A DNA stretch of 63,984 nt, filler included, from Nitrospirota bacterium (GTDB lineage: Bacteria > UBA2233), in NCBI GenBank assembly GCA_011620345.1. It is 6 parts of 6 records of this genome, joined end to end, with 100 filler letters (N's around TTAATTAATTAA, not from the genome) between each part and the next. Parts side by side here need not be neighbours in the genome. Positions count along the whole stretch, not along the records: positions 1 to 12,362 come from WOZJ01000008.1; positions 12,463 to 24,462 come from WOZJ01000053.1; 4 more parts are not named here. One strand, 5' to 3'. Shown one piece after another: positions 9,434 through 17,918 of this stretch (position 1 is its first letter; each line of letters starts with the position of its first letter). Under the pieces are notes generated by a model. That model worked only from the letters and a program-made list of their open reading frames with translations, made no database searches and had not been told where the DNA came from. The position numbers and the translations under genes were made by a program.

Positions 9434-9454
9434 ATCCTACAAATTTTGTAGGAT
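9434..9454. promoter_or_regulatory. Perfect inverted repeat, candidate regulator site
   Basis: ATCCTACAAA-T-TTTGTAGGAT directly before the kinase RBS. Confidence 0.45.
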
Positions 9455-9469
9455 AACGGAGGCCAGGGC

Positions 9470-11212
9470 ATGGACATGAGCGCAAGAGAATCGGGCATAA
9501 GATTTCCCATGCGGCTCAAGCTCCTGCTCGCCTTCCTCGGGCTTAGCATCCCTTTGATGCTTCTTGCCGCCTTCCTGGCTAGCAGGGCAGCCTACGATGT
9601 GTACGAACACAATGTGGCCGCCTGGCAGAAGGAGGCGACGGACTCGTTCTTCAAGGCCTTCCACAACGACGAGAAAGAGGCCGAGCATGCCGCGGCCTTC
9701 CTGCTCGAGCGATTCCTTGAGGAATCCAAGGCCCAAACAGACTTCGAAGGCCTCGGACAAAGGCTCGGTCATATGGCCAGCGATGAGGGCTATGAAACAC
9801 TTATACTCATGGACCAAGGCGGCGAGGTCCGCTACAGCCCCATCCCGGCAGGGAGCCTTAGGGTCTATTCACTCCAAGAAGGGCTTGAGCTTTTCGTCCT
9901 CGAGAGGGCCCAGGGCCCAAGGGTACTGCTTGGAGCCCTCCGACCTTTCCGCTTCCAGGGCGCGCCGATGCGGCTTTTCTTGGGCAACCCCTTGCCCGGA
10001 GCCATGGAGGGGTTCGAAGACCTCCCCTTCTTGGAGGTACGCCTCTACATCCTCGAAGGAAAGTGGCTGCGCGGAGTCTACAGCTCCAATGGAACCTTCC
10101 CGATCGCCACGCTAGGAGAAAGCGTCTTGCGAGGCCTCGCCCAAAAAGGCGGGCTTTTGCTGCTCAAAGACCAAGAAGAGGGCTTCATGGCAAGCCTAAG
10201 GCCCCTTAGGGATAAAGAGGGCACTTTAAGGGCGGCGCTTTTTGTGGGGCTTCGCCAAAAGGCCAATATTCCCTACGGCATCGCGCCAAGGCACGTGTTC
10301 CTTAGCGTTTTCTTCATTGGAGCGTTGGTATCGTTCGTCTTCGCCACGCTGCTTTCCAGGCCTTTGAGCGCCCCGATCCGGAAGCTCGCCAAGGCTGCCC
10401 TTGCGATCCGGGGGGGAGATTATACCCAAAGAATCGAGGTCAAGGGCCGAGACGAGATTGCCTACTTGGCAAGGACGTTCAACCAAATGGCCCAAAAACT
10501 TCAAGAGCTCAAACGCCTCGAGGCGGAGCTCAGCCTCAAGGAGCGCATCGGGGCGATGGGCGAACTCGCCCTGGGAATCGCGCACGAGGTCCGGAACCCA
10601 CTGGGCATCATCAAGGCTTCCGCCCAGCTCATCCAAAGGAAGGGAGAGCTTGAGCCATCTCTGGCAAGGCTTATGGGGCAGCTCATCGAGCAGGTGGACA
10701 GGATCGAAGCGCTGCTAAGCAACTTCCTTCGGTTCGGAAGGCCGTCTGCGGAGACCCACTTCGCCCTTTTGGACCCGAAGGCCCTTATCGAGCGCTGCCT
10801 CAAGTTCTGCGAGCTCAAGCTCAAGGAGCAGAAGGTCCAAGTAAGCATCGAAGACCTCGCAGACGGGGCGAAAATCCTGGCCGACGAAGCGCTTGTGTTC
10901 GAGGCTGTGCTGAACATTGTCCTAAACGCCATGGAGGCCATGCCCCAGGGTGGGTCCCTCAAGGTCAGGCTAGAAAGAGAGGACGGGTCGTTGTTGATGG
11001 GCTTCCAAGATACAGGCCACGGTATCCCCCAGGGGTTAATGGGGCGCATCCTCGAGCCTTTCTTCACGACCAAGCCGAGCGGGACTGGGCTTGGGCTTAC
11101 GAGGGTCTATCATGTCATGCAAGCCCACCTTGGCAACTTGCGTGTCGGGACCAAAGAAGGAGAAGGCGCCGTGTTCACGCTCGTTTTCCCGATCGCAGGG
11201 ATGGAGGGCTGA
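9470..11212 (+). CDS. Membrane sensor histidine kinase (HAMP)
   Basis: 2 TMs, HAMP (DEIAYLARTFNQM), H-box AHEVRNPL, N-box NAMEAM, DTGHGI, GTGLGL. Confidence 0.95.
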   Translation: MDMSARESGIRFPMRLKLLLAFLGLSIPLMLLAAFLASRAAYDVYEHNVAAWQKEATDSFFKAFHNDEKEAEHAAAFLLERFLEESKAQTDFEGLGQRLGHMASDEGYETLILMDQGGEVRYSPIPAGSLRVYSLQEGLELFVLERAQGPRVLLGALRPFRFQGAPMRLFLGNPLPGAMEGFEDLPFLEVRLYILEGKWLRGVYSSNGTFPIATLGESVLRGLAQKGGLLLLKDQEEGFMASLRPLRDKEGTLRAALFVGLRQKANIPYGIAPRHVFLSVFFIGALVSFVFATLLSRPLSAPIRKLAKAALAIRGGDYTQRIEVKGRDEIAYLARTFNQMAQKLQELKRLEAELSLKERIGAMGELALGIAHEVRNPLGIIKASAQLIQRKGELEPSLARLMGQLIEQVDRIEALLSNFLRFGRPSAETHFALLDPKALIERCLKFCELKLKEQKVQVSIEDLADGAKILADEALVFEAVLNIVLNAMEAMPQGGSLKVRLEREDGSLLMGFQDTGHGIPQGLMGRILEPFFTTKPSGTGLGLTRVYHVMQAHLGNLRVGTKEGEGAVFTLVFPIAGMEG

Positions 11213-11214
11213 CG

Positions 11215-12362
11215 ATGGAAGGGCGCGTCCTGGTGGTTGACGACGAACCCGGCATGCTAGAAGTGCTCTCCATGGCCCTCGAGGAAATGGGCTACAGGGC
11301 GCTTGTGACCCAAAGCCCTGAAAGGGCGCTTGAAATATTGAGGACCGAGGAAATCGAGCTGGCACTGTTGGACATCCGGATGCCCGGGATGGACGGCCGA
11401 GAGCTCATGCAAAAGATCAAGGAGCATTCCCCCCGGCTCCCGGTCGTGTTCCTTACGGCTTTCGGCAACATCAAGGATGCGGTGTCCGCTATCAAGGAGG
11501 GTGCCTTCGATTATTTAAGCAAGCCTTTCAACCTCGAAGACCTCCAGGCCGTCCTTGCCAGGGGCATACGTTACACAAGCCTCCTTAAGGATAACGAACG
11601 CCTAAGGGAGGCGCTCGAGGGCCGCTACAGCTTTAAAGGGATCATCGGCACAAGCCTAAAGATGAGGGCCGTGATCGAGGCAATCTCCAAGGTGTGCGAG
11701 AGCAACGTGAGCGTGCTCATCCTTGGCGAGTCAGGGACGGGCAAGGAGCTCGTCGCCCGGGCCGTTCATTTCAACTCACCAAGGAAGGATGGGCCGTTTC
11801 TTGCGATCAACTGCGCGGCCATCCCCGAGGGCCTTTTGGAAAGCGAACTCTTCGGCTATGTCAAGGGGGCATTCACGGGGGCTACGGGCAACAAGCCGGG
11901 CAAGTTTGCCCAGGCCAACAAGGGAACGCTCTTTTTGGACGAAATCGGCGACATGCCCTTAGGTCTGCAATCGAGGATTCTTAGGGTCCTACAGGAGCGC
12001 GCCTTCGAACCATTAGGGAGCAGCAAGCTCCAAAGCGTGGACGTGCGTATCGTCGCCGCCACGAACAAGGACCTGAAGGCTATGGTCCAAGCGGGGGCTT
12101 TCAGGGAAGACCTCTACTTCAGGCTCAACGTCTACCCTATCCAGCTTCCGTCCTTAAGGGAGCGCAAGGAGGACATCCCGCAGCTTGCCTTTCATTTCCT
12201 CACACAATCGGCCGAGGCGATGGGCAAGCGCATCAAGGGGTTGACGCCCTCGGCGCTCGAGGCCATGGCCCGCTACAGATGGCCCGGCAACGTAAGGGAG
12301 CTGATCAACTGCATCGAGCGGGCGGTGATTGTAAGCCAGGATGCGTTCATCGACCTTGCCGA
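11215..12362 (+). CDS. sigma54-dependent response regulator (NtrC family), cut by the gap
   Basis: Receiver domain, GESGTGKE, GAFTGA, FLDEIG, WPGNVREL; HTH lost in the gap. Confidence 0.95.
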
Positions 12363-12462
12363 NNNNNNNNNNNNNNNNNNNNNNNNNNNNNNNNNNNNNN
12401 NNNNNNTTAATTAATTAANNNNNNNNNNNNNNNNNNNNNNNNNNNNNNNNNNNNNNNNNNNN
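12363..12462. other. Artificial contig spacer
   Basis: N44-TTAATTAATTAA-N44. Confidence 0.98.
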
Positions 12463-12657
12463 GAGCTTTTTTGTGCCTTTACGACGAAGCCTGGGCTTAT
12501 CAAGCACGCGCCATCCGCGATACAGTAGGGTAAATACCCAGAGAGTGGAGCTCTACCTGATAGGCAGGTGAGGCTAAACGACGACCGCTTAACGCTATAA
12601 GAACGCATCCGGCGATGGAGTTCCTGTTGCCGGTCGCTAGCAAGCTTGGCTTTTAGG

Positions 12658-13275
12658 ATGCAGACGCCAGATCGCTACCCTGTCTCGGAAATTTTTTCCT
12701 CCTTTCAGGGGGAGGGCGTTCATTCTGGATTGTATGCAACGTTTATCCGGTTTGCGGGCTGCAACCTCCGCTGTAGCTTTTGTGACGAGCCTGGGTCCTT
12801 GAGCGTTAAGGGTGTATCCTGGCTAAGTTCGGAGGAGATTCTAAAGGAGCTCAAAAGCCCCTATGTTGTCCTCACGGGCGGCGAGCCTACGCTTTTGTCG
12901 CTGGGCACGCTCGTTTCAAGGCTCAAGGCTCAAGGGTGCAGGGTGCACATCGAGACGAACGCAACACTCTGCCCTGATTGGCTTCATGCCCTCGATTGGG
13001 TGACGGCAAGCCCAAAGCCGCCAGACTATGCCGTTGCCGAAGGGCTTGTAGAGCGTGCGGACGAGTGGAAGTTCGTGGTCGACGAGGGTTTTTTGGTAGG
13101 TTGTATTCCAAGAGAGGTCTTTTGCTCGAAAAAGCCCTTGTACCTCCAGCCGCTGGGGCTGGATCCAGGCTCCATCCAAAAAACGTTGAGACTGCTCAAA
13201 GAACTCCAGGGCGCAAGGCTTTCTTTACAGATGCACAAAGTACTCGGTCTTTTGCTCAACCAAGAGGTGCTATAG
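12658..13275 (+). CDS. queE: 7-carboxy-7-deazaguanine synthase (radical SAM)
   Basis: EIFSSFQGEG, FIRFAGCNLRCSFCD, TGGEP, IETN, SPK, RLSLQMHK. Confidence 0.93.
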   Translation: MQTPDRYPVSEIFSSFQGEGVHSGLYATFIRFAGCNLRCSFCDEPGSLSVKGVSWLSSEEILKELKSPYVVLTGGEPTLLSLGTLVSRLKAQGCRVHIETNATLCPDWLHALDWVTASPKPPDYAVAEGLVERADEWKFVVDEGFLVGCIPREVFCSKKPLYLQPLGLDPGSIQKTLRLLKELQGARLSLQMHKVLGLLLNQEVL

Positions 13276-13277
13276 TC

Positions 13278-13955
13278 GTGGCAGGGAGCGTAGTTTTGGT
13301 CTCCGGCGGGATGGATTCGGCCGTTTGCCTTGGCATCGCGGCCAAGAACACGGAAAGGTTGGTTGTGCTTTCGTTTGATTATGGTCAAAGGCACAAAAAA
13401 GAGCTCCAGGCGGCCTCTTTGCTCGCCTCACACTACAAAGCCGAGCACATCGTCTTAAAGCTGCCCGGGTTTTCCGTATGGAAAGCGAGCGCGCTTACGG
13501 ACCCTTGCATGTCTGTGCCTGATTTTGAGGAGGCCCAAAAGGGGCAAGCGCCCGTAACCTACGTTCCCGCGAGGAACACCGTGTTTTTGTCGTTTGCGCT
13601 CTCTTTGGCCGAAGCCTACGGCCTGGATGCGATTTTTATCGGCGTGAACGCGCTCGATTATTCGGGCTATGCCGACTGCAGGCCGATTTTTATCGAGCGC
13701 TTCCAGACGCTTATCGATGTGGCTACGCAAAGGACGGCCGAAGGAGGAAGGCCGATTCTACTTGAAGCGCCGCTTTTGCATTATTCAAAGGCCCAAATAG
13801 TTCGGCTGGGTGCGGAGCTTGGCACTCCCTTCGAACTGACATGGTCCTGCTACAGGGGCGAAGAAAGGCCCTGTGGGGCTTGCGATAGCTGCGTACTCCG
13901 GGCCAAAGGGTTTGAAGATGCGGGCCTTGCAGACCCGCTCATGGTTGCGCCATGA
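13278..13955 (+). CDS. queC: 7-cyano-7-deazaguanine synthase
   Basis: SGGMDS, YGQRH, YVPARN, DYSGYADCR, TWSCY, CGACDSC; GTG start 13278. Confidence 0.95.
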   Translation: MAGSVVLVSGGMDSAVCLGIAAKNTERLVVLSFDYGQRHKKELQAASLLASHYKAEHIVLKLPGFSVWKASALTDPCMSVPDFEEAQKGQAPVTYVPARNTVFLSFALSLAEAYGLDAIFIGVNALDYSGYADCRPIFIERFQTLIDVATQRTAEGGRPILLEAPLLHYSKAQIVRLGAELGTPFELTWSCYRGEERPCGACDSCVLRAKGFEDAGLADPLMVAP

Positions 13956-14458
13956 AGCTTGGGCTGTTCCTGGAGGGTTTTGGGTTTGACTACGCGCATT
14001 TCTTGCCGTTCGACCCCAAGTGTAGCCGCTTGCACGGCCACAGCGCCGAGGTCCGCTTGAGGCTCTTTGGACAAAGGGCTCAAGATGGCATGCTTGTCCC
14101 GTTCGATTTGGCCAGGGAGGCGCTAAGAGATGCGGTATCGATGTTCGACCACAGGCTGTTGGCCGCCAGGGCCTACATCGAAAAAGAGGCCGAAGGCTTT
14201 ATTAAAGTGTCCTACGTCCCCTGCTTTGCGCCCGAACGAAGGGCCGAGATCCTTCTTCCTAGGGAAAGCGTTTTGGTCACACCCGAGGAGACCACCATCG
14301 AGCACGTTGGAGGGCTTTTAGCGGAGCAAGTCCTAAAAAGGCTCCCGGGGCACGTCGTAGCCGTCGAGCTAGAAGTCTCCGAGGGTAGGAACAAGGGCGT
14401 TTGCATCGCGTGCGCCCGCAACGAAAGAGGAAATCTGTCATGTCAACGCCCGACATGA
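13952..14458 (+). CDS. queD: 6-carboxytetrahydropterin synthase (QueD-like)
   Basis: AHFL..CSRLHGHS, FDHR, TTIE; ATGA overlap with queC. Confidence 0.85.
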   Translation: MKLGLFLEGFGFDYAHFLPFDPKCSRLHGHSAEVRLRLFGQRAQDGMLVPFDLAREALRDAVSMFDHRLLAARAYIEKEAEGFIKVSYVPCFAPERRAEILLPRESVLVTPEETTIEHVGGLLAEQVLKRLPGHVVAVELEVSEGRNKGVCIACARNERGNLSCQRPT

Positions 14459-14808
14459 TCGAGCTTTACAAAGAGCTTGAAGGCCCGCTCGGGGAGAGCG
14501 CGGCGAAGGCGCTGATCGAGGCGCTAGAGCGGATGAGCCTACACAAGGCCGGCGAAACAAAAGAAGAAAAGCCGGCAGAGGATCTAATGTTGCCGCTGCG
14601 GTCCGATTTGGCACGGATCGAGCGGCGCTTTGAGCAGTTAGGAGAGCGCCTCGAAGTGCAGATAGAAGACCTTCAAACGTTGCGAAACAGCCTAGGAGGC
14701 CTTCGCACTCTCATCATCTTTGGGTTTTTGATCCTCCTTCTCGGTCTTGTCGCTCTGGGATTTTGGGATACCACGGCCATTCCGAGCCCCTTCGAGGAGA
14801 TTCGTTAG
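14440..14808 (+). CDS. Hypothetical coiled-coil protein with C-terminal TM
   Basis: RBS GAGG; heptad pattern then a hydrophobic tail. Confidence 0.65.
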   Translation: MSTPDMIELYKELEGPLGESAAKALIEALERMSLHKAGETKEEKPAEDLMLPLRSDLARIERRFEQLGERLEVQIEDLQTLRNSLGGLRTLIIFGFLILLLGLVALGFWDTTAIPSPFEEIR

Positions 14809-14887
14809 TCCAGGCGTTTTCCCTGGAATTCCCGCCCGTTTTCCTCTAGAATCCAAGCGTTGTCCTCAACGCGTTACGGAGCGTCCG

Positions 14888-16249
14888 ATGTCCAAGCAAG
14901 AAGGTCCCCCGCCCAAGAGATCGCGCTTCAAAGTTCAGGGGCTGAACGCGCTTTTGGCCTCGTTCCTAGGCTGGACGCTCGATGCCTTCGATTTCTTCAT
15001 TGTCGTCATGGTGCTCACGGAGATTGCGAAGGATTTTCAAAAGAGCAATACCGCCATCGCCTTGACGCTCAGCGTCACGCTCGCCTTCAGGCCCGTGGGG
15101 GCCTTTTTGTTCGGCCTGATGGCCGACCGCTACGGCAGAAAGCTCCCCTTGATGATTGATGTGTTGTTTTATTCTATCATAGAAGTGCTCTGCGGGTTCG
15201 CGCCCAACTTCACGACGTTCCTCGTCCTTCGAGCACTGTTTGGCATCGGTATGGGCGGAGAATGGGGGGTTGGCGCCTCGCTAGCGATGGAATCCGTCCC
15301 GGCAAAGTGGAGGGGCGTGCTGTCTGGACTCCTTCAGGAAGGCTACGCCGTGGGCTACCTGCTTGCTGCGCTTGCTTACTACGGCGTGTACCCCTACTTT
15401 GGATGGCGGGCGATGTTCTTCCTGGGCGGGCTTCCGGCGTTGCTCGCGCTCTACATCCGTTCGCACGTCGAGGAATCGGAAGCCTGGCAAAAACACGGAA
15501 GGCGTGACTGGAGCGATGTTTGGGCGACCGTTCAAGGGCATAGCGCTTGGTACCTCGGACTGGGCCTTATTGGCATGTTCGTAGCGGTCCTAAAGCTCGC
15601 GTTCACATGGGCCGTTCTTTTGGGCGTCCTTGTAATGATCGTCGCGTTCATGGCGGACGTCACAAGACACGTGGCAAAAGGCCACATGGGGACGTTCTTC
15701 TACTTGGTCGCCCTGATGGCGGGGATGAATTTCGTGTCTCACGGAACGCAAGACCTGTACCCTACGTTCCTTAAGCTCTCAAAAGGGTTTTCCGTCGGCA
15801 TGGTCTCTCTCGTGACGATCATCGCCAACATCGGTGCGCTCACCGGCGGGATTGCCTTTGGGCTTCTTTCAGATTTCTTGGGGAGGAAGCGCGCCATGGT
15901 TTTGGCGCTTCTTGGGGCTTGCCTGTTCGTTCCGCTGTGGATTTACGCGCCCACTACGGCGCTTATCATGGTGGGGGCGTTTTTGATGCAGTTCATGGTT
16001 CAAGGCGCCTGGGGGGTTGTTCCTGCACACATTACCGAGCTTTCGCCGGCCAGCGTGCGCGGGTTTATGCCGGGCTTTGCCTACCAGTGCGGCGTGCTGA
16101 TCGCGGGCAGTGCAGCGACTCTCCAGGCGTTGCTAGCCCAGACGCTCGGGCTTTCCAAGGCCATGGCCCTGTTTGCACTGGCCGTTTTTTTGGGTTGCGC
16201 GCTTATCGTGGCGATAGGCAGGGAGAAAAAAGGAGAGGCCTTTCATTAG
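14888..16249 (+). CDS. MFS transporter, SHS (NanT/JEN1-like) family
   Basis: GWTLDAFDF, ADRYGRK, GIGMGGEW, SHGTQDLYPT, QGAWGVVPAH. Confidence 0.9.
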   Translation: MSKQEGPPPKRSRFKVQGLNALLASFLGWTLDAFDFFIVVMVLTEIAKDFQKSNTAIALTLSVTLAFRPVGAFLFGLMADRYGRKLPLMIDVLFYSIIEVLCGFAPNFTTFLVLRALFGIGMGGEWGVGASLAMESVPAKWRGVLSGLLQEGYAVGYLLAALAYYGVYPYFGWRAMFFLGGLPALLALYIRSHVEESEAWQKHGRRDWSDVWATVQGHSAWYLGLGLIGMFVAVLKLAFTWAVLLGVLVMIVAFMADVTRHVAKGHMGTFFYLVALMAGMNFVSHGTQDLYPTFLKLSKGFSVGMVSLVTIIANIGALTGGIAFGLLSDFLGRKRAMVLALLGACLFVPLWIYAPTTALIMVGAFLMQFMVQGAWGVVPAHITELSPASVRGFMPGFAYQCGVLIAGSAATLQALLAQTLGLSKAMALFALAVFLGCALIVAIGREKKGEAFH

Positions 16250-17763
16250 GCTATCAGCAAAGATTTGTATATCCCTAGGTAGCTCTCTGCCGTTTTTTGC
16301 CAGGAAAAATCGGCCTTCATCGCGTTTTTCATCATAGCGCGACAGGTAGCCTTTCTTTTATAGACTGCTAAAGCAGCATCGATCGCGCCAAGGAGGCTTG
16401 GGACATCGTAGCCCTCGAAGAGGAACCCCGTGGCTTTTTTTGAGCCGGGCTCGTAGGGGACGATCGTGTCTTTGAGCCCTCCCGTCGCCCTGGCGATGGG
16501 AAGAGTCCCGTAGCGCATGGCGTGCATCTGGATGAGCCCGCAGGGCTCGTAGCGAGACGGGATCAACACGAAGTCCGCCCCCGCCAGAACCTTGTGGGCA
16601 AGCGCCTCGTCGAAGGCGATGCACACCTTGACGTTGTCGTGCGCGACCTGAAACGCGCTTAGAGCCTGCTCATAGCTCGCCTCGCCTTTTCCGACGATCG
16701 CAACCTGCAACGCTTTTTTGGCCAACGGCTCGAGCGTCTCCAGCAAAAGCCCGATCCCCTTTTGCTCGGCAAGCCGGCTGACCATCCCTACCAACGGAAC
16801 ATCGGGGGCTTGAGGAAGGCCGAGCGTTTCCTGTAGATCCGCTTTGCATGCAAGCTTCCCGGAAAGGTCCTTGATGCCGTAGGAGGCCTTGATATCACGG
16901 TCGCTAATCGGGTCCCATACTTCATAATCTGCTCCGTTTAGAATGCCCTCGAGATCGCTTGCACGCTTTTGTAGGACCCCTTCAAGCCCGAACCCGTATT
17001 CCGGAGTCTGAATCTCTTTGGAGTATGACTTGCTGACCGTAGCAATTTTGTCGGCGAACATCAGGCCGCCTTTTAAAAAATTGACCCTTCCGTGGAATTC
17101 GAGGAATTCCGGGTGGAACCATTTTTGATCCAGACCAAGAAGGGGCCAGCAATTTTCTGGAAAAATGCCTTGATACCCCAGGTTGTGGATGGTCAAAACA
17201 GTCTTTGTTTGGCTGAACTCTGGGTAGCTCTCGGCCTCGGCCTTGAGGAATGCTAGGCTGAGCGCTGGGTGCCAGTCGTGGGCATGCAGGATTTGGGGCG
17301 GCTCATGCCTTAAGACTTCGAGCGCAGCCCTTGAAAAGAAGGCGAAGCGTTCCGCGTTGTCCGGATAGTCGCCCTCGGGAGTGCCGTAGAGATCATCCCT
17401 GGCGAAGTATGGCTCCGCCTCGATCAAAAGGGCTCGAAGGTGCCCTGAAAGTTGGGCCTTCCAAACGCCCGCTTCGAGCCTGCGTCCTCCAAGCGGTACA
17501 TGGACTCGCGTGTCGATTCGCTCAAGCGGGACGTTTGCATGTTTGGCCGAGCGATGGGCGGGAAGGATGATGGTAAGTCGCTGCCCCAAGCCCTCCAAGG
17601 CTTTGGAAAGCGCGCAAACGGCATCCGCCAGCCCTCCCGTTTTGGCAAAGGGAACAACCTCGGAGGAAACCATCGCAATCGAACAGCTTGCTTCAGGATG
17701 TCCGGGGCGTGCCTTCCGTACGGGCGATTTTTGTGCATTCGTGCTGGGCTTGGCCCGCTCCAT
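16246..17763 (-). CDS. glgA: Glycogen synthase
   Basis: PFAKTGGLAD, HAHDWH, TIHNLGYQG, PSRYEPCGL, TGGLKDT. Confidence 0.96.
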   Translation of the reverse strand: MERAKPSTNAQKSPVRKARPGHPEASCSIAMVSSEVVPFAKTGGLADAVCALSKALEGLGQRLTIILPAHRSAKHANVPLERIDTRVHVPLGGRRLEAGVWKAQLSGHLRALLIEAEPYFARDDLYGTPEGDYPDNAERFAFFSRAALEVLRHEPPQILHAHDWHPALSLAFLKAEAESYPEFSQTKTVLTIHNLGYQGIFPENCWPLLGLDQKWFHPEFLEFHGRVNFLKGGLMFADKIATVSKSYSKEIQTPEYGFGLEGVLQKRASDLEGILNGADYEVWDPISDRDIKASYGIKDLSGKLACKADLQETLGLPQAPDVPLVGMVSRLAEQKGIGLLLETLEPLAKKALQVAIVGKGEASYEQALSAFQVAHDNVKVCIAFDEALAHKVLAGADFVLIPSRYEPCGLIQMHAMRYGTLPIARATGGLKDTIVPYEPGSKKATGFLFEGYDVPSLLGAIDAALAVYKRKATCRAMMKNAMKADFSWQKTAESYLGIYKSLLIA

Positions 17764-17918
17764 GCCGTCTCCTTTTTTGGTGTATGTTTTTTTGCCGCCT
17801 TTAAAAGTTTTACAATTTCCACGGCATGAGTCAACGGAGACTTTTGGGGTGACTCTTTGACAGGTTTTGGCGTTTTTCTATACCCTAAGAGGAAAGCGGA
17901 CGAACGAAGGAGCTTATC

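Noticed and set aside
12407-12418. TTAATTAATTAA as a biological repeat
   Set aside because: Identical six-frame-stop linker centred in every N run; artificial
12611-12640. GGCGATGGAGTTC as a second fluoride riboswitch
   Set aside because: First stem does not close and the CTGATGAC..CTAC 3' half is missing
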